Assembly: GCA_027320085.1 (NCBI GenBank)
Contig: DAHVLZ010000016.1
Coordinates: 1-16,007, forward strand
DNA length: 16,007 nucleotides
Reading direction: 5' to 3'
Source of the DNA: Pseudomonadota bacterium
GTDB lineage: Bacteria > Pseudomonadota > Gammaproteobacteria > JAKAQQ01
Shown: one piece after another, positions 1 through 7,306 of the stretch
Layout of the letters: every line of letters starts with the position of its first letter
How positions within the stretch are numbered: the first letter of the stretch is position 1
Made by a program: the position numbers and the translations under genes
The notes under the pieces: model-generated
What the model saw: only the letters and a program-made list of their open reading frames with translations
Databases searched by the model: none
Told to the model about the DNA's origin: nothing

Positions 1-165
1 TTTGGGGATACGGTGACGGAAACGGTGGCGGTGACCGTGACTGCACCGCCCCCAGCGAGCGGTGGTGGAGGCGGGTTATCCCCCTTGGCGCTGGGGATCC
101 TGCTTGGGTTTTGGGGTCTCCTGGGCTGGACCCGGCGGAGGCGGATGGGGAATCCTCAAGCTTAG
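1..165 (+). CDS. 3' end of a GlyGly-CTERM (rhombosortase-target) surface protein, 5'-truncated by the window edge
   Basis: Not in the ORF track. Frame 1 reads FGDTVTETVAVTVTAPPPASGGGGGLSPLALGILLGFWGLLGWTRRRRMGNPQA*. It has a Thr/Val beta-strand, a Pro/Ser linker, a Gly run, a hydrophobic TM segment and an Arg cluster, which is the tripartite GlyGly-CTERM signal. Confidence 0.85.
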   Translation, partial: FGDTVTETVAVTVTAPPPASGGGGGLSPLALGILLGFWGLLGWTRRRRMGNPQA

Positions 166-213
166 GCCGGGAGTCGGGAGGCAGGCGCGCCTCCCGGCCC
201 GGGATCCTCCCGG
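165..213. terminator. GC-rich hairpin(s) between convergent genes; possible terminator or stability element
   Basis: CGGGAGGC (175-182) pairs with GCCTCCCG (189-196), and a second small stem CCGGGA/TCCCGG lies at 199-213. There is no clear U-tract. Confidence 0.35.
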
Positions 214-367
214 ACGTTGCGAGCCCCCAGGCCCTTCGCCCCTTCCGAGGTGCCATGGCGCCTGTTCAGAAACCTGTGGCATATCAACGGTAAGCTGGCG
301 GGTGCCATACGCATGCCTGCTCCGACAGTGGCGACGCATCATCACAGCAGGGTCGGGTTGCCGGTCG

Positions 368-1192
368 CTAGCCGAGCAACCGGTTCAGCCAGATCCCGAT
401 CACGAGCATCGGCAGGAAGGCCAGTAACGCAATGAGCCGCTGCCGGCGTGTCGCCCGGTCTTCCTTTTCCCAGCGGAAGAGCACACTGCCGATCACGAGG
501 CACAAAAGGCCGGTTGTGATGAGCCCGGCCAGTTCCGGCCAGAGTCTCCAGAATGGAACGTGCTCCCGCATCAGATGCTCGAAGGAAATCACCATGAGGG
601 TGGGCGGCAGGAAGCGGCCCAAACCCTGCAGGAAAACGGGCAGATGCGAAAACTCGATCGTGGTTCCTGAAAAGAACAGGAAAATGATGAAAAGCAGCTG
701 GAAGACAATCTGGGCTTCCTGCATGTTGTTCATGAGGCTCGCAATGATCGAGCCCAGGCTCGCGATCGAGAATGCCCCGATGCTGTAGACAAACCAGAGG
801 TCAAAGACCGACGTCCCGAGCGGCATGTGATAGAGGGCGCGGGCGGCCACCAGCATGCCGGCACCGACCACGAGCGATGTCAGGTAGTTGGAGAGGATGT
901 GGCTCACGATCCACTGCGAGGACGTGAGCGGGGTCAGGTGGTAGGGCCGGAGCATGCCGCGCTCCCGCATCATGACGGTGGTGGCACCGTTCCCGAACAG
1001 TCCGTTGGTCAGCGCCATCAGGGTGAGCACGGGACCGAACACGGCGGCGACTTCCAGCGGACGGCCATGGGCGAAAACCCCGGCGTAGAGGAAGAAGAAT
1101 CCGAGGGGAAAGAACACCGTGAAGAAAAAGGCGATCGGGGTCCGCCAGGAGAGCTTGAGACTGTTCCAGGTCAAAAGAAGCGTGGCTTTCAT
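368..1192 (-). CDS. ABC-2 type transporter permease
   Basis: 274 aa with about 6 TM segments and ABC-2 hallmarks (RERGMLR...TPL; FFSG...P.FLQ....LP). Its start overlaps the ATPase stop (ATGA). Confidence 0.9.
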   Translation of the reverse strand: MKATLLLTWNSLKLSWRTPIAFFFTVFFPLGFFFLYAGVFAHGRPLEVAAVFGPVLTLMALTNGLFGNGATTVMMRERGMLRPYHLTPLTSSQWIVSHILSNYLTSLVVGAGMLVAARALYHMPLGTSVFDLWFVYSIGAFSIASLGSIIASLMNNMQEAQIVFQLLFIIFLFFSGTTIEFSHLPVFLQGLGRFLPPTLMVISFEHLMREHVPFWRLWPELAGLITTGLLCLVIGSVLFRWEKEDRATRRQRLIALLAFLPMLVIGIWLNRLLG

Positions 1193-2142
1193 GTCTCGAT
1201 CCGGCTCCCGGTGATGGTGAGGTAGGCTTCCTCGAGCGAAGGCCGGCGGATCCGGGCTTCTTCGAGGCCGACCCCGCGCGGGGTGAGATCCAAAACCAGA
1301 TCGACGAGCAGGCGTTCCCCCTGTTCGCCGTGGAACCGGTAATCGGGCCCGTCCGTATCCGGAACCGGCTCGAACTGGAAGCGTCCCTTGAGACCGGTTT
1401 CCTCCTCGGGGGTGAGCCTCCGGTTGAAGCGGACCTCGAGATTCTGTCCGTCGGTGAAGCGTTCGACCAATGCCCGGGGCGTGTCCACGGCACGGATCCG
1501 GCCACGGAACAGGATGGCCACGCGGTTGCAGAGTTTCTCGGCCTCCTCGATATAGTGCGTGGTCAAAAGCAGGGTCTTGCCCATCCGGCTCAGTTCCAGG
1601 ATGATGTCGTGGAGTTCGCGCCGGATCTTGGCATCGAGCCCGGTCGTGGGCTCGTCGAGGACGACGAGGTCGGTATCCCCGACGAGTGCCAGGGCGAGGG
1701 CGAGCCGCTGCTTCTGCCCACCAGACAGCCGTTCATAGAACTCCCGGCGCTTTTCGTCCAGGCCGACCAGGGCGAGCAGTTCGGCGACAGGCCGCGGATG
1801 GGGATAGAGGCCGGCAAAGAGGTGGAGCAACTCATCCACCCGGATCTTGTCGGGGAAAGGCGAAATCTGGAGCTGGCCACAGATGAGTTCGCGGATCTGG
1901 CGGGGAGCCGTCTCCGGATCGACCCCGAGTATGCGCACCTGGCCCCGGTCCCGGTGCTTGATGCCGAGCAGGATCTCGACGAGCGTGGTCTTGCCGGCGC
2001 CGTTCGGACCCAGAAGGCCGAAAATCTCCCCCGGGCGGATTTCGAAGGAGGCGTCCGCGAGGGCCGGGTTCCGGCCGTAGGACTTGCTCACGTCGATCAC
2101 TTCGACGGCCCACTCAGTGCTCGTTTGGGCGGGGTCCGGCAT
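1189..2142 (-). CDS. ABC transporter ATP-binding protein (DrrA/NodI-like exporter family)
   Basis: Walker A GPNGAGKT, signature LSGGQKQR, Walker B VVLDEPTTGLD, H-loop TTHYIEEAE and C-terminal PSLEEAYL. The start is placed at ATG 2142; 2169 is also possible. Confidence 0.93.
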   Translation of the reverse strand: MPDPAQTSTEWAVEVIDVSKSYGRNPALADASFEIRPGEIFGLLGPNGAGKTTLVEILLGIKHRDRGQVRILGVDPETAPRQIRELICGQLQISPFPDKIRVDELLHLFAGLYPHPRPVAELLALVGLDEKRREFYERLSGGQKQRLALALALVGDTDLVVLDEPTTGLDAKIRRELHDIILELSRMGKTLLLTTHYIEEAEKLCNRVAILFRGRIRAVDTPRALVERFTDGQNLEVRFNRRLTPEEETGLKGRFQFEPVPDTDGPDYRFHGEQGERLLVDLVLDLTPRGVGLEEARIRRPSLEEAYLTITGSRIET

Positions 2143-2222
2143 GGCTCGAGGCTTGGGGATGAGGTGCATTATGATAGGTGAAAATCCAGGTCCGAGCCGG
2201 CGCACCCCGCAAGGAGCCCCCG

Positions 2223-3503
2223 ATGAACGATGCCGATCTCATGGAACGGGCCCGCCGCGTTCTCGTGGGGGGCGTGAACTCCCCGGTTCGTGCCTACCAG
2301 GCGGTCGGCGGGGTTCCGGTGTTCGTCGCCCGCGGGAAGGGCGCCGAGATCTGGGGTGCCGATGGAACCTGCTACCTCGACTGCGTCGGTTCCTGGGGGA
2401 CGGCGCTTTTGGGCCATGCGGATCCCGATGTCGTGGCTGCGGTCTGCCGGGCGGCCCGGGATGGCCTGAGCTTCGGGGCCCCGACCCCGGGTGAAACCGA
2501 GCTGGCCCGAAGACTCGTCGAACGCGTGCCGGGCATCGAACGGGTCCGCCTCGTGAGCTCGGGCACCGAGGCCACCCTGAGTGCCATCCGGCTGGCACGG
2601 GCCGTGACGGGACGGGAGGGACTGATCAAGTTCGCGGGGGGCTACCACGGGCACGGAGACAGCCTGCTCGTGGAGGCCGGCTCGGGTGCGCTCACGGGCG
2701 GCCATCCGAGTTCGCCGGGCGTGCCGGCCGAGCTCGCCCGGCTGACCCGGGTCCTGCCCTACAACGATGCTGCCGCACTGCGGGAGACCCTGGCCCGCGA
2801 AGGTGACCGGATGGCGGCCGTGATCGTGGAAATCGTGGCCGGCAACATGGGCTGTGTGCCCCCCAGGCCCGACTTCCTCGCGGCACTCACGGAATCCACC
2901 CGCGCCCGGGGCGTGCGTCTCATCGCGGATGAGGTGATGACGGGCTTCCGCGTGGGACCCCGGGGCGCCCTCGGACGCTACGGCCTGACCGCCGACCTCG
3001 TCACCCTGGGCAAGGTCATCGGCGGCGGACTGCCCATGGGGGCCCTGGCGGGCGGGGCACGCGACCTCGACGCGCTCGCCCCGGAAGGGCCGGTCTACCA
3101 GGCCGGCACCCTGTCCGGCAATCCGCTTTCCGTGGCCAGCGGAATCGCCACCCTCGACAAGCTCGCCGATCCCGGGATCTACCACACCCTCGAGAAACGG
3201 ACCGGACGGCTGGCGGCCGGTCTCGAGGAACTCATCCGCGAGACCGGCACCCCTGCCACCGTGAACCACGTCCCCGGCATGTGGAGCCTGTTCTTCTCCC
3301 CCCCCCCGGTCCAGAACCTCACCGATGTCCGGCGCGGCCGGGTGGATCATTTCCGGCACTTCTTCCACCATCTCAAGCACCAGGGCATCCTGCTCCCGCC
3401 CTCTCCTTACGAATCCGCCTTCCTGTCTTTGGCCCACGAAGACCCGCACATCGACCGGATCCTCGAGGCGGCCCGCCAGGCACTGCGGACCCTTCCGGCC
3501 TGA
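2223..3503 (+). CDS. hemL: Glutamate-1-semialdehyde 2,1-aminomutase
   Basis: Motifs GGVNSPVRA, SGTEAT, KFAGGYHGH, DEVMTGFR, PLP-lysine LGKVIGGGLP and YQAGTLSGNP. RBS AAGGAG at 2211-2216 precedes ATG 2223. Confidence 0.97.
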   Translation: MNDADLMERARRVLVGGVNSPVRAYQAVGGVPVFVARGKGAEIWGADGTCYLDCVGSWGTALLGHADPDVVAAVCRAARDGLSFGAPTPGETELARRLVERVPGIERVRLVSSGTEATLSAIRLARAVTGREGLIKFAGGYHGHGDSLLVEAGSGALTGGHPSSPGVPAELARLTRVLPYNDAAALRETLAREGDRMAAVIVEIVAGNMGCVPPRPDFLAALTESTRARGVRLIADEVMTGFRVGPRGALGRYGLTADLVTLGKVIGGGLPMGALAGGARDLDALAPEGPVYQAGTLSGNPLSVASGIATLDKLADPGIYHTLEKRTGRLAAGLEELIRETGTPATVNHVPGMWSLFFSPPPVQNLTDVRRGRVDHFRHFFHHLKHQGILLPPSPYESAFLSLAHEDPHIDRILEAARQALRTLPA

Positions 3504-5483
3504 ATGCTGTTCCACCGTCTCATTCCACTCGTGATCCATTGGGTGAGCGGACATCCGCTCTGGGGCGTGGTTGCGGCCTTCGCCATCGCCTTCTGTGAAA
3601 CCCTGGCCTTCATCGGTTACACCGTCCCGGCCCTGTTCCTGCTCTTCGGCCTGGGGACGCTGGTCGGAAGCGGACTCCTGCCGTTCTGGCCGGTCTGCGC
3701 CGCACTCGCGGGAGGTGCCTTTCTCGGGGACACCCTGAGCTATCTTCTGGGCCGCTTTTTCCGTGGCCGGAGCTCGGGCTGGATCGGACATCGGGGAATC
3801 CGCCGCAACCTGGAACGGGGACAGCGCTTCTTCCAGAACCATGGCGGAAAGAGCATCCTCATGGGCCGCATGATCGGCGCCCTGCGGCCGATCGTCCCCG
3901 TCGTGAGCGGGATCGCCGATTTTCCGCTGTTGCGTTTTGTCTGGATCGACAGCCTGGCCGCGCTCCTCTGGGCTCCGGTCTATCTCCTGCCCGGGATGGT
4001 CTTCGGCGCGTCCGTCGGGCTTGCGGCGACCGTGAGCCTGAGGCTCGCCTTGATCCTGACCCTGGCCATCACCCTTCTCTGGCTCGGCCACTTCCTTCTG
4101 CGCTGGGGTTTCGGGCGTCTGGCCCCTTTCGAACAGCGCCTGCGCCATCTCTGGTTCCGTCTCTGGGAAGCGAGCGAGCGCTGGCCGGCCCTGGACCGGC
4201 TCACGGGATCCATCGACGAGACAGGGGGGGTCCCGCTCCTCGTCCTCACCGGATTGCTGCTCGTGGGCACACTCTGGTTGTTCAACCATCTCGTCCTCGG
4301 TTTTGTCGGTGACCGCTGGCCCGGATTCATCGATGCCATGGCGCTTGCGGCCGTGGAGCGGATCCCCCAAAACCCGTGGCGGGATGTCGCCGGCAATCTC
4401 ATGCTGTGGGTGGCTCCCGTCGGATGGCTGCTCTACGGCATCCTTGCGCTTCTCGTTCTCGGTTTCCGCCGCTCGCCCCAGCCGCTCCGCTATCTCGGCG
4501 CGGCCATCCTCTATGGCCTCGTGTGTGACTTTCTCGTCCGCGCCGCCTTCTTCCACTGGAACGGCAGTCTCGCAGTACCGGACAGCATCGCCGGTGCACT
4601 CTCCGTCTACGGGGTGGGAGCCGGCATCATCGCCACCGACTGGCCGCGGGCCAAAAGGCTTGCCCTCTACACGCTCTTCGCACTCCCCCTGGCCTTCGCG
4701 ATCGCCGGATCGCTCATGGTGGGCGCCCTCTGGCTGGGCAACGCGATCGGGTCGGGTCTCCTCGGGCTGATCTGGGCCGCACTGCTCGTCCTGGCCTATC
4801 GCCACCATCCGCACAGTCCGCCGCCACGTCTCCCGCTCACCCTCCTGTTCGCAGGCAGCCTGGCCGCCATGACGGCCGGGGCGGTGCTTGCGGGCTGGAG
4901 GCCGCCCGAGACCCCTCCGCTCGGGCTGCCGCGGCGGGCCTGGCTGGCCGGACACTGGCCGGGGTTCGGGAACCGCCGATCCCTGGCCCGGCGCTGGCCC
5001 ATGGATTTCAACGTCGAGTACGGCGGAGCACTCAAACCCCTCCGTCTCGCCCTCGGGAGCGCCGGCTGGACGGCCCCTCCCCGCCTGACCCCGCAAAATG
5101 CCCTGTCCTGGCTCATGACCCGTCCTCCCGTGAACCGGCTTCCGCTTTTCCCCACCCTCCATCATGGACGTTTCCCGGCCCTGGCCCTGCTCCGGACCGT
5201 GGATCACGACCCCTCCCGCCGGTCGGAATGGGTCCTGAGACTGTGGCGGAGTTCCTACATCCTGGAACCGGGAGGACAGACGCTCTGGCTGGGACAGATG
5301 AGTCCGTTCAAGACGCGGGAACATCTGGCCCTGATCACCTTGCCCCGCAACCAGGGCAGCCGGCGGGGGGGACTCATCCGCCTCGCCCGGTCCCTCGAAG
5401 GGCAAACCGGCTTCCGGCTCTGGTCACGCCGGATCGGCCACCACCCGATCCTCCTCATCGAATCGCGCCACCCGAAGCGCTGA
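3504..5483 (+). CDS. DedA(VTT)/PAP2-like/LssY C-terminal domain membrane protein
   Basis: N-terminal DedA motifs (AFCETLAFIGYTVP, GAFLGDTLSY.LGR, GRMIGALRPIVPVVSG), a central PAP2-like TM region, and a soluble LssY-like C-terminus (LPLFPTLHHGR, VLRLW, LWLG). It directly abuts hemL (TGAATG). Confidence 0.8.
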   Translation: MLFHRLIPLVIHWVSGHPLWGVVAAFAIAFCETLAFIGYTVPALFLLFGLGTLVGSGLLPFWPVCAALAGGAFLGDTLSYLLGRFFRGRSSGWIGHRGIRRNLERGQRFFQNHGGKSILMGRMIGALRPIVPVVSGIADFPLLRFVWIDSLAALLWAPVYLLPGMVFGASVGLAATVSLRLALILTLAITLLWLGHFLLRWGFGRLAPFEQRLRHLWFRLWEASERWPALDRLTGSIDETGGVPLLVLTGLLLVGTLWLFNHLVLGFVGDRWPGFIDAMALAAVERIPQNPWRDVAGNLMLWVAPVGWLLYGILALLVLGFRRSPQPLRYLGAAILYGLVCDFLVRAAFFHWNGSLAVPDSIAGALSVYGVGAGIIATDWPRAKRLALYTLFALPLAFAIAGSLMVGALWLGNAIGSGLLGLIWAALLVLAYRHHPHSPPPRLPLTLLFAGSLAAMTAGAVLAGWRPPETPPLGLPRRAWLAGHWPGFGNRRSLARRWPMDFNVEYGGALKPLRLALGSAGWTAPPRLTPQNALSWLMTRPPVNRLPLFPTLHHGRFPALALLRTVDHDPSRRSEWVLRLWRSSYILEPGGQTLWLGQMSPFKTREHLALITLPRNQGSRRGGLIRLARSLEGQTGFRLWSRRIGHHPILLIESRHPKR

Positions 5484-5511
5484 TGGGGGGCGAGTCCTCC
5501 TGCTGATGCCA

Positions 5512-5542
5512 CCCGGGGGGCGGGACCGCCCGCCTTCCTGGG
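5512..5542 (+). terminator. GC-rich hairpin downstream of the hemL-dedA operon
   Basis: GGCGGG-ACCG-CCCGCC core (5519-5534), extendable with G-U pairs. No U-tract. Confidence 0.3.
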
Positions 5543-5575
5543 GCTCCCGTCGCACCCGCAGGACGCGCCTGTCCT

Positions 5576-5610
5576 ATGCGACACAGCTTGTCGCAAACGA
5601 ATTCCATACT
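5576..5610 (+). promoter_or_regulatory. Palindromic operator, copy 1 (probable WYL-regulator site), with a -10-like hexamer
   Basis: TGCGACA-CAGCT-TGTCGCA (5577-5595), with CATACT at 5605-5610, 10 nt after TGTCGC. It is 20/21 identical to the copy at 8505-8525. Confidence 0.8.
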
Positions 5611-5620
5611 GGGGTTCTGA

Positions 5621-5720
5621 GCCCGGAGTCTCCCCCTGGGGAGGATTCCCGGCGTGGCCTGCGGCCCGGGTGACGGGAGGCCGGATCCCTCGGGTTCCCG
5701 TCATCCGCGCAGGCGATCAC
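5621..5720 (+). other. Highly structured 5' leader (two stem-loops)
   Basis: Stem 1 spans 5621-5653. Stem 2 has GCCTGCG (5657-5663)/CGCAGGC (5708-5714) enclosing CGGGTGACGGGA (5667-5678)/TCCCGTCATCCG (5696-5707). Confidence 0.5.
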
Positions 5721-5746
5721 CCATGCCAAAGAACGGAGGAACGCAG

Positions 5747-6952
5747 ATGACCTGTGACGTCGCAGTCTTGAACCGGTCGGGAGTCGCCCTGGCAACCGAC
5801 AGTGCCGTGAGCAGCTACCGGCACGACGGATCCGGAGAAACCCTCACCCGGGTGTTCCGGGGTTCCCGGAAACTTTTCGGGCTCCGTCCCGACCTGCCGG
5901 TCGGCATCCTGCTCCACGGTCGCACCAATCTCATGAACCGGCCGTGGGAGAGCCTGATCGGGACGTTCCGGCCGACCCTGCCGGCCCGGGGTTTCCCCAC
6001 GCTCGCCGACTATGCCCATGCCTTTTTCCGCCATGTGGAATCCCATACCGGGCTTTTCCCCTCCGCCCTCCAGCGCCAGGACTTTCTCCTGACCTGCGAG
6101 GCCTATGTGAAACAGGGGCTTCTCAGTCGCCTTCAGGAAGAGCGGGGCGAGGCCGGGGCGGATGACCCCGAGGCCGCGTGCCAGGCATTCGGTCCGATTC
6201 TGGGCAAGGACCTCGAGGAATGGCAGGGCGTGCCCGAACTCGAGGATTTCGGGGAACCCTATGGTGAGGAGGTTTGGCGGCGCTACGGGCGCGAGGTCCA
6301 GAAATCGTGGCCCGGGATCCTGGGATTCCGGCCCAGCCGGACCCTCGCGACCGGCCTGGCCCGGTTGGCCCGTCATCTCTACTCGAGGCAGTGGATCCAT
6401 CCCGCGGACATTTCCGGGATCGTCTTTGCCGGATTCGGGGAAAAGGACTTTTTCCCGTCAATTATCGACTACGAGGCAGGCACCCTGGCCGCGGACCGGC
6501 TCAGGGTCATCGCGGGGACGCGGAAGGCCATCGACGACACGGAGGATGCCCTGATCTGCCCGTTCGGCCAGGTCGAAGCAATCCATGCCTTCTGCAGCGG
6601 GATCACGCCGGAGCTCCTGGAAAACATCAAGCAGGCGATCCATCACGCGTGGCCCGGCGTGGAGGGCCAAAACCTGCTCGCCACCTTCCATGAAACGATC
6701 GGGCAGACCCAGATTGCGCCCCTCCTCCGGATGGTCGCCGCCATGCCCCGCCCCGAACTGGCCCGGCTGGCCGGAACGCTCGTGCACCTGACCGCCTTCC
6801 GCGCCCATCTCTCGTCCACCGAGGAAACCGTGTGCGGACCGGTGGACGTGGCCCTCCTCGGCCGGGAGAGCGCATTCACCTGGGTCCGGCGAAGCCCGCC
6901 GGACGACGCCTGCCCTGATTTTCATCCAACCACTGACCGGAGGCTCTCATGA
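5747..6952 (+). CDS. Proteasome beta-subunit/HslV-like Ntn-hydrolase (predicted Thr protease) with a large insertion, 401 aa
   Basis: RBS GGAGGA at 5735-5740 precedes ATG 5747. The mature N-terminus TCDVAVLNRSGVALATDSAVS gives Thr1 and Asp17. RKLFGL resembles the Lys33 strand, followed by VGILLHG. The C-terminal ETVCGPVDVALL resembles proteasome SGG.IDVAVI. The CDS call is firm; the function is inferred. Confidence 0.7.
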   Translation: MTCDVAVLNRSGVALATDSAVSSYRHDGSGETLTRVFRGSRKLFGLRPDLPVGILLHGRTNLMNRPWESLIGTFRPTLPARGFPTLADYAHAFFRHVESHTGLFPSALQRQDFLLTCEAYVKQGLLSRLQEERGEAGADDPEAACQAFGPILGKDLEEWQGVPELEDFGEPYGEEVWRRYGREVQKSWPGILGFRPSRTLATGLARLARHLYSRQWIHPADISGIVFAGFGEKDFFPSIIDYEAGTLAADRLRVIAGTRKAIDDTEDALICPFGQVEAIHAFCSGITPELLENIKQAIHHAWPGVEGQNLLATFHETIGQTQIAPLLRMVAAMPRPELARLAGTLVHLTAFRAHLSSTEETVCGPVDVALLGRESAFTWVRRSPPDDACPDFHPTTDRRLS

Positions 6953-7284
6953 GCGGACCAAACTCAATCCATGGGTCGATCGACTTCCTCGATTACGAGT
7001 TTCAAGCCGAGTGCAACGTGCCCTGCCGGATCCGCTTCGCGAACGGCCAGATCCAGGTCACCTGGGAGCAGGACGGACGCGGCACCAGACGGGAAACCGT
7101 CGAATACATCGGGACTGTCACAAACTCCGAACACTACGAACTCGAGTGTCCGGGCCATCGGGGCAAAGCCACCCTGCATCGCTTCCCGGGGGCACAAGTG
7201 CTCGTGGGCGACCTGTTCCACGAGGGCCAGCGCGGGATGTGGCGCATCTGCCTGTTTCCCGCCCAAGTCGGGGGTGATGAATGA
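6949..7284 (+). CDS. Hypothetical small beta-rich protein, 111 aa
   Basis: ATGA overlap with the upstream gene and GGAGG RBS at 6939-6943. Composition is globular, unlike the Pro/Arg-rich shadow ORFs. Confidence 0.75.
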   Translation: MSGPNSIHGSIDFLDYEFQAECNVPCRIRFANGQIQVTWEQDGRGTRRETVEYIGTVTNSEHYELECPGHRGKATLHRFPGAQVLVGDLFHEGQRGMWRICLFPAQVGGDE

Positions 7285-7306
7285 CCGGGCCCTGGGCCGG
7301 GAGGCA

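Noticed and set aside
3298-3307. C10 homopolymer in hemL
   Set aside because: It is in frame (Ser-Pro-Pro-Pro) in an intact housekeeping gene, with no evidence of phase variation.
2169-5405. 1078-aa ORF on the minus strand
   Set aside because: It is the antisense shadow of hemL and the dedA/lssY gene in high-GC DNA, with no recognisable motifs.
5654-5746. ORF-track N-terminal extension of the Ntn-like protein, as a possible propeptide (starts at 5654 or 5723)
   Set aside because: The strong GGAGGA RBS supports ATG 5747. The upstream starts lack an RBS and lie in or next to stem-loops.
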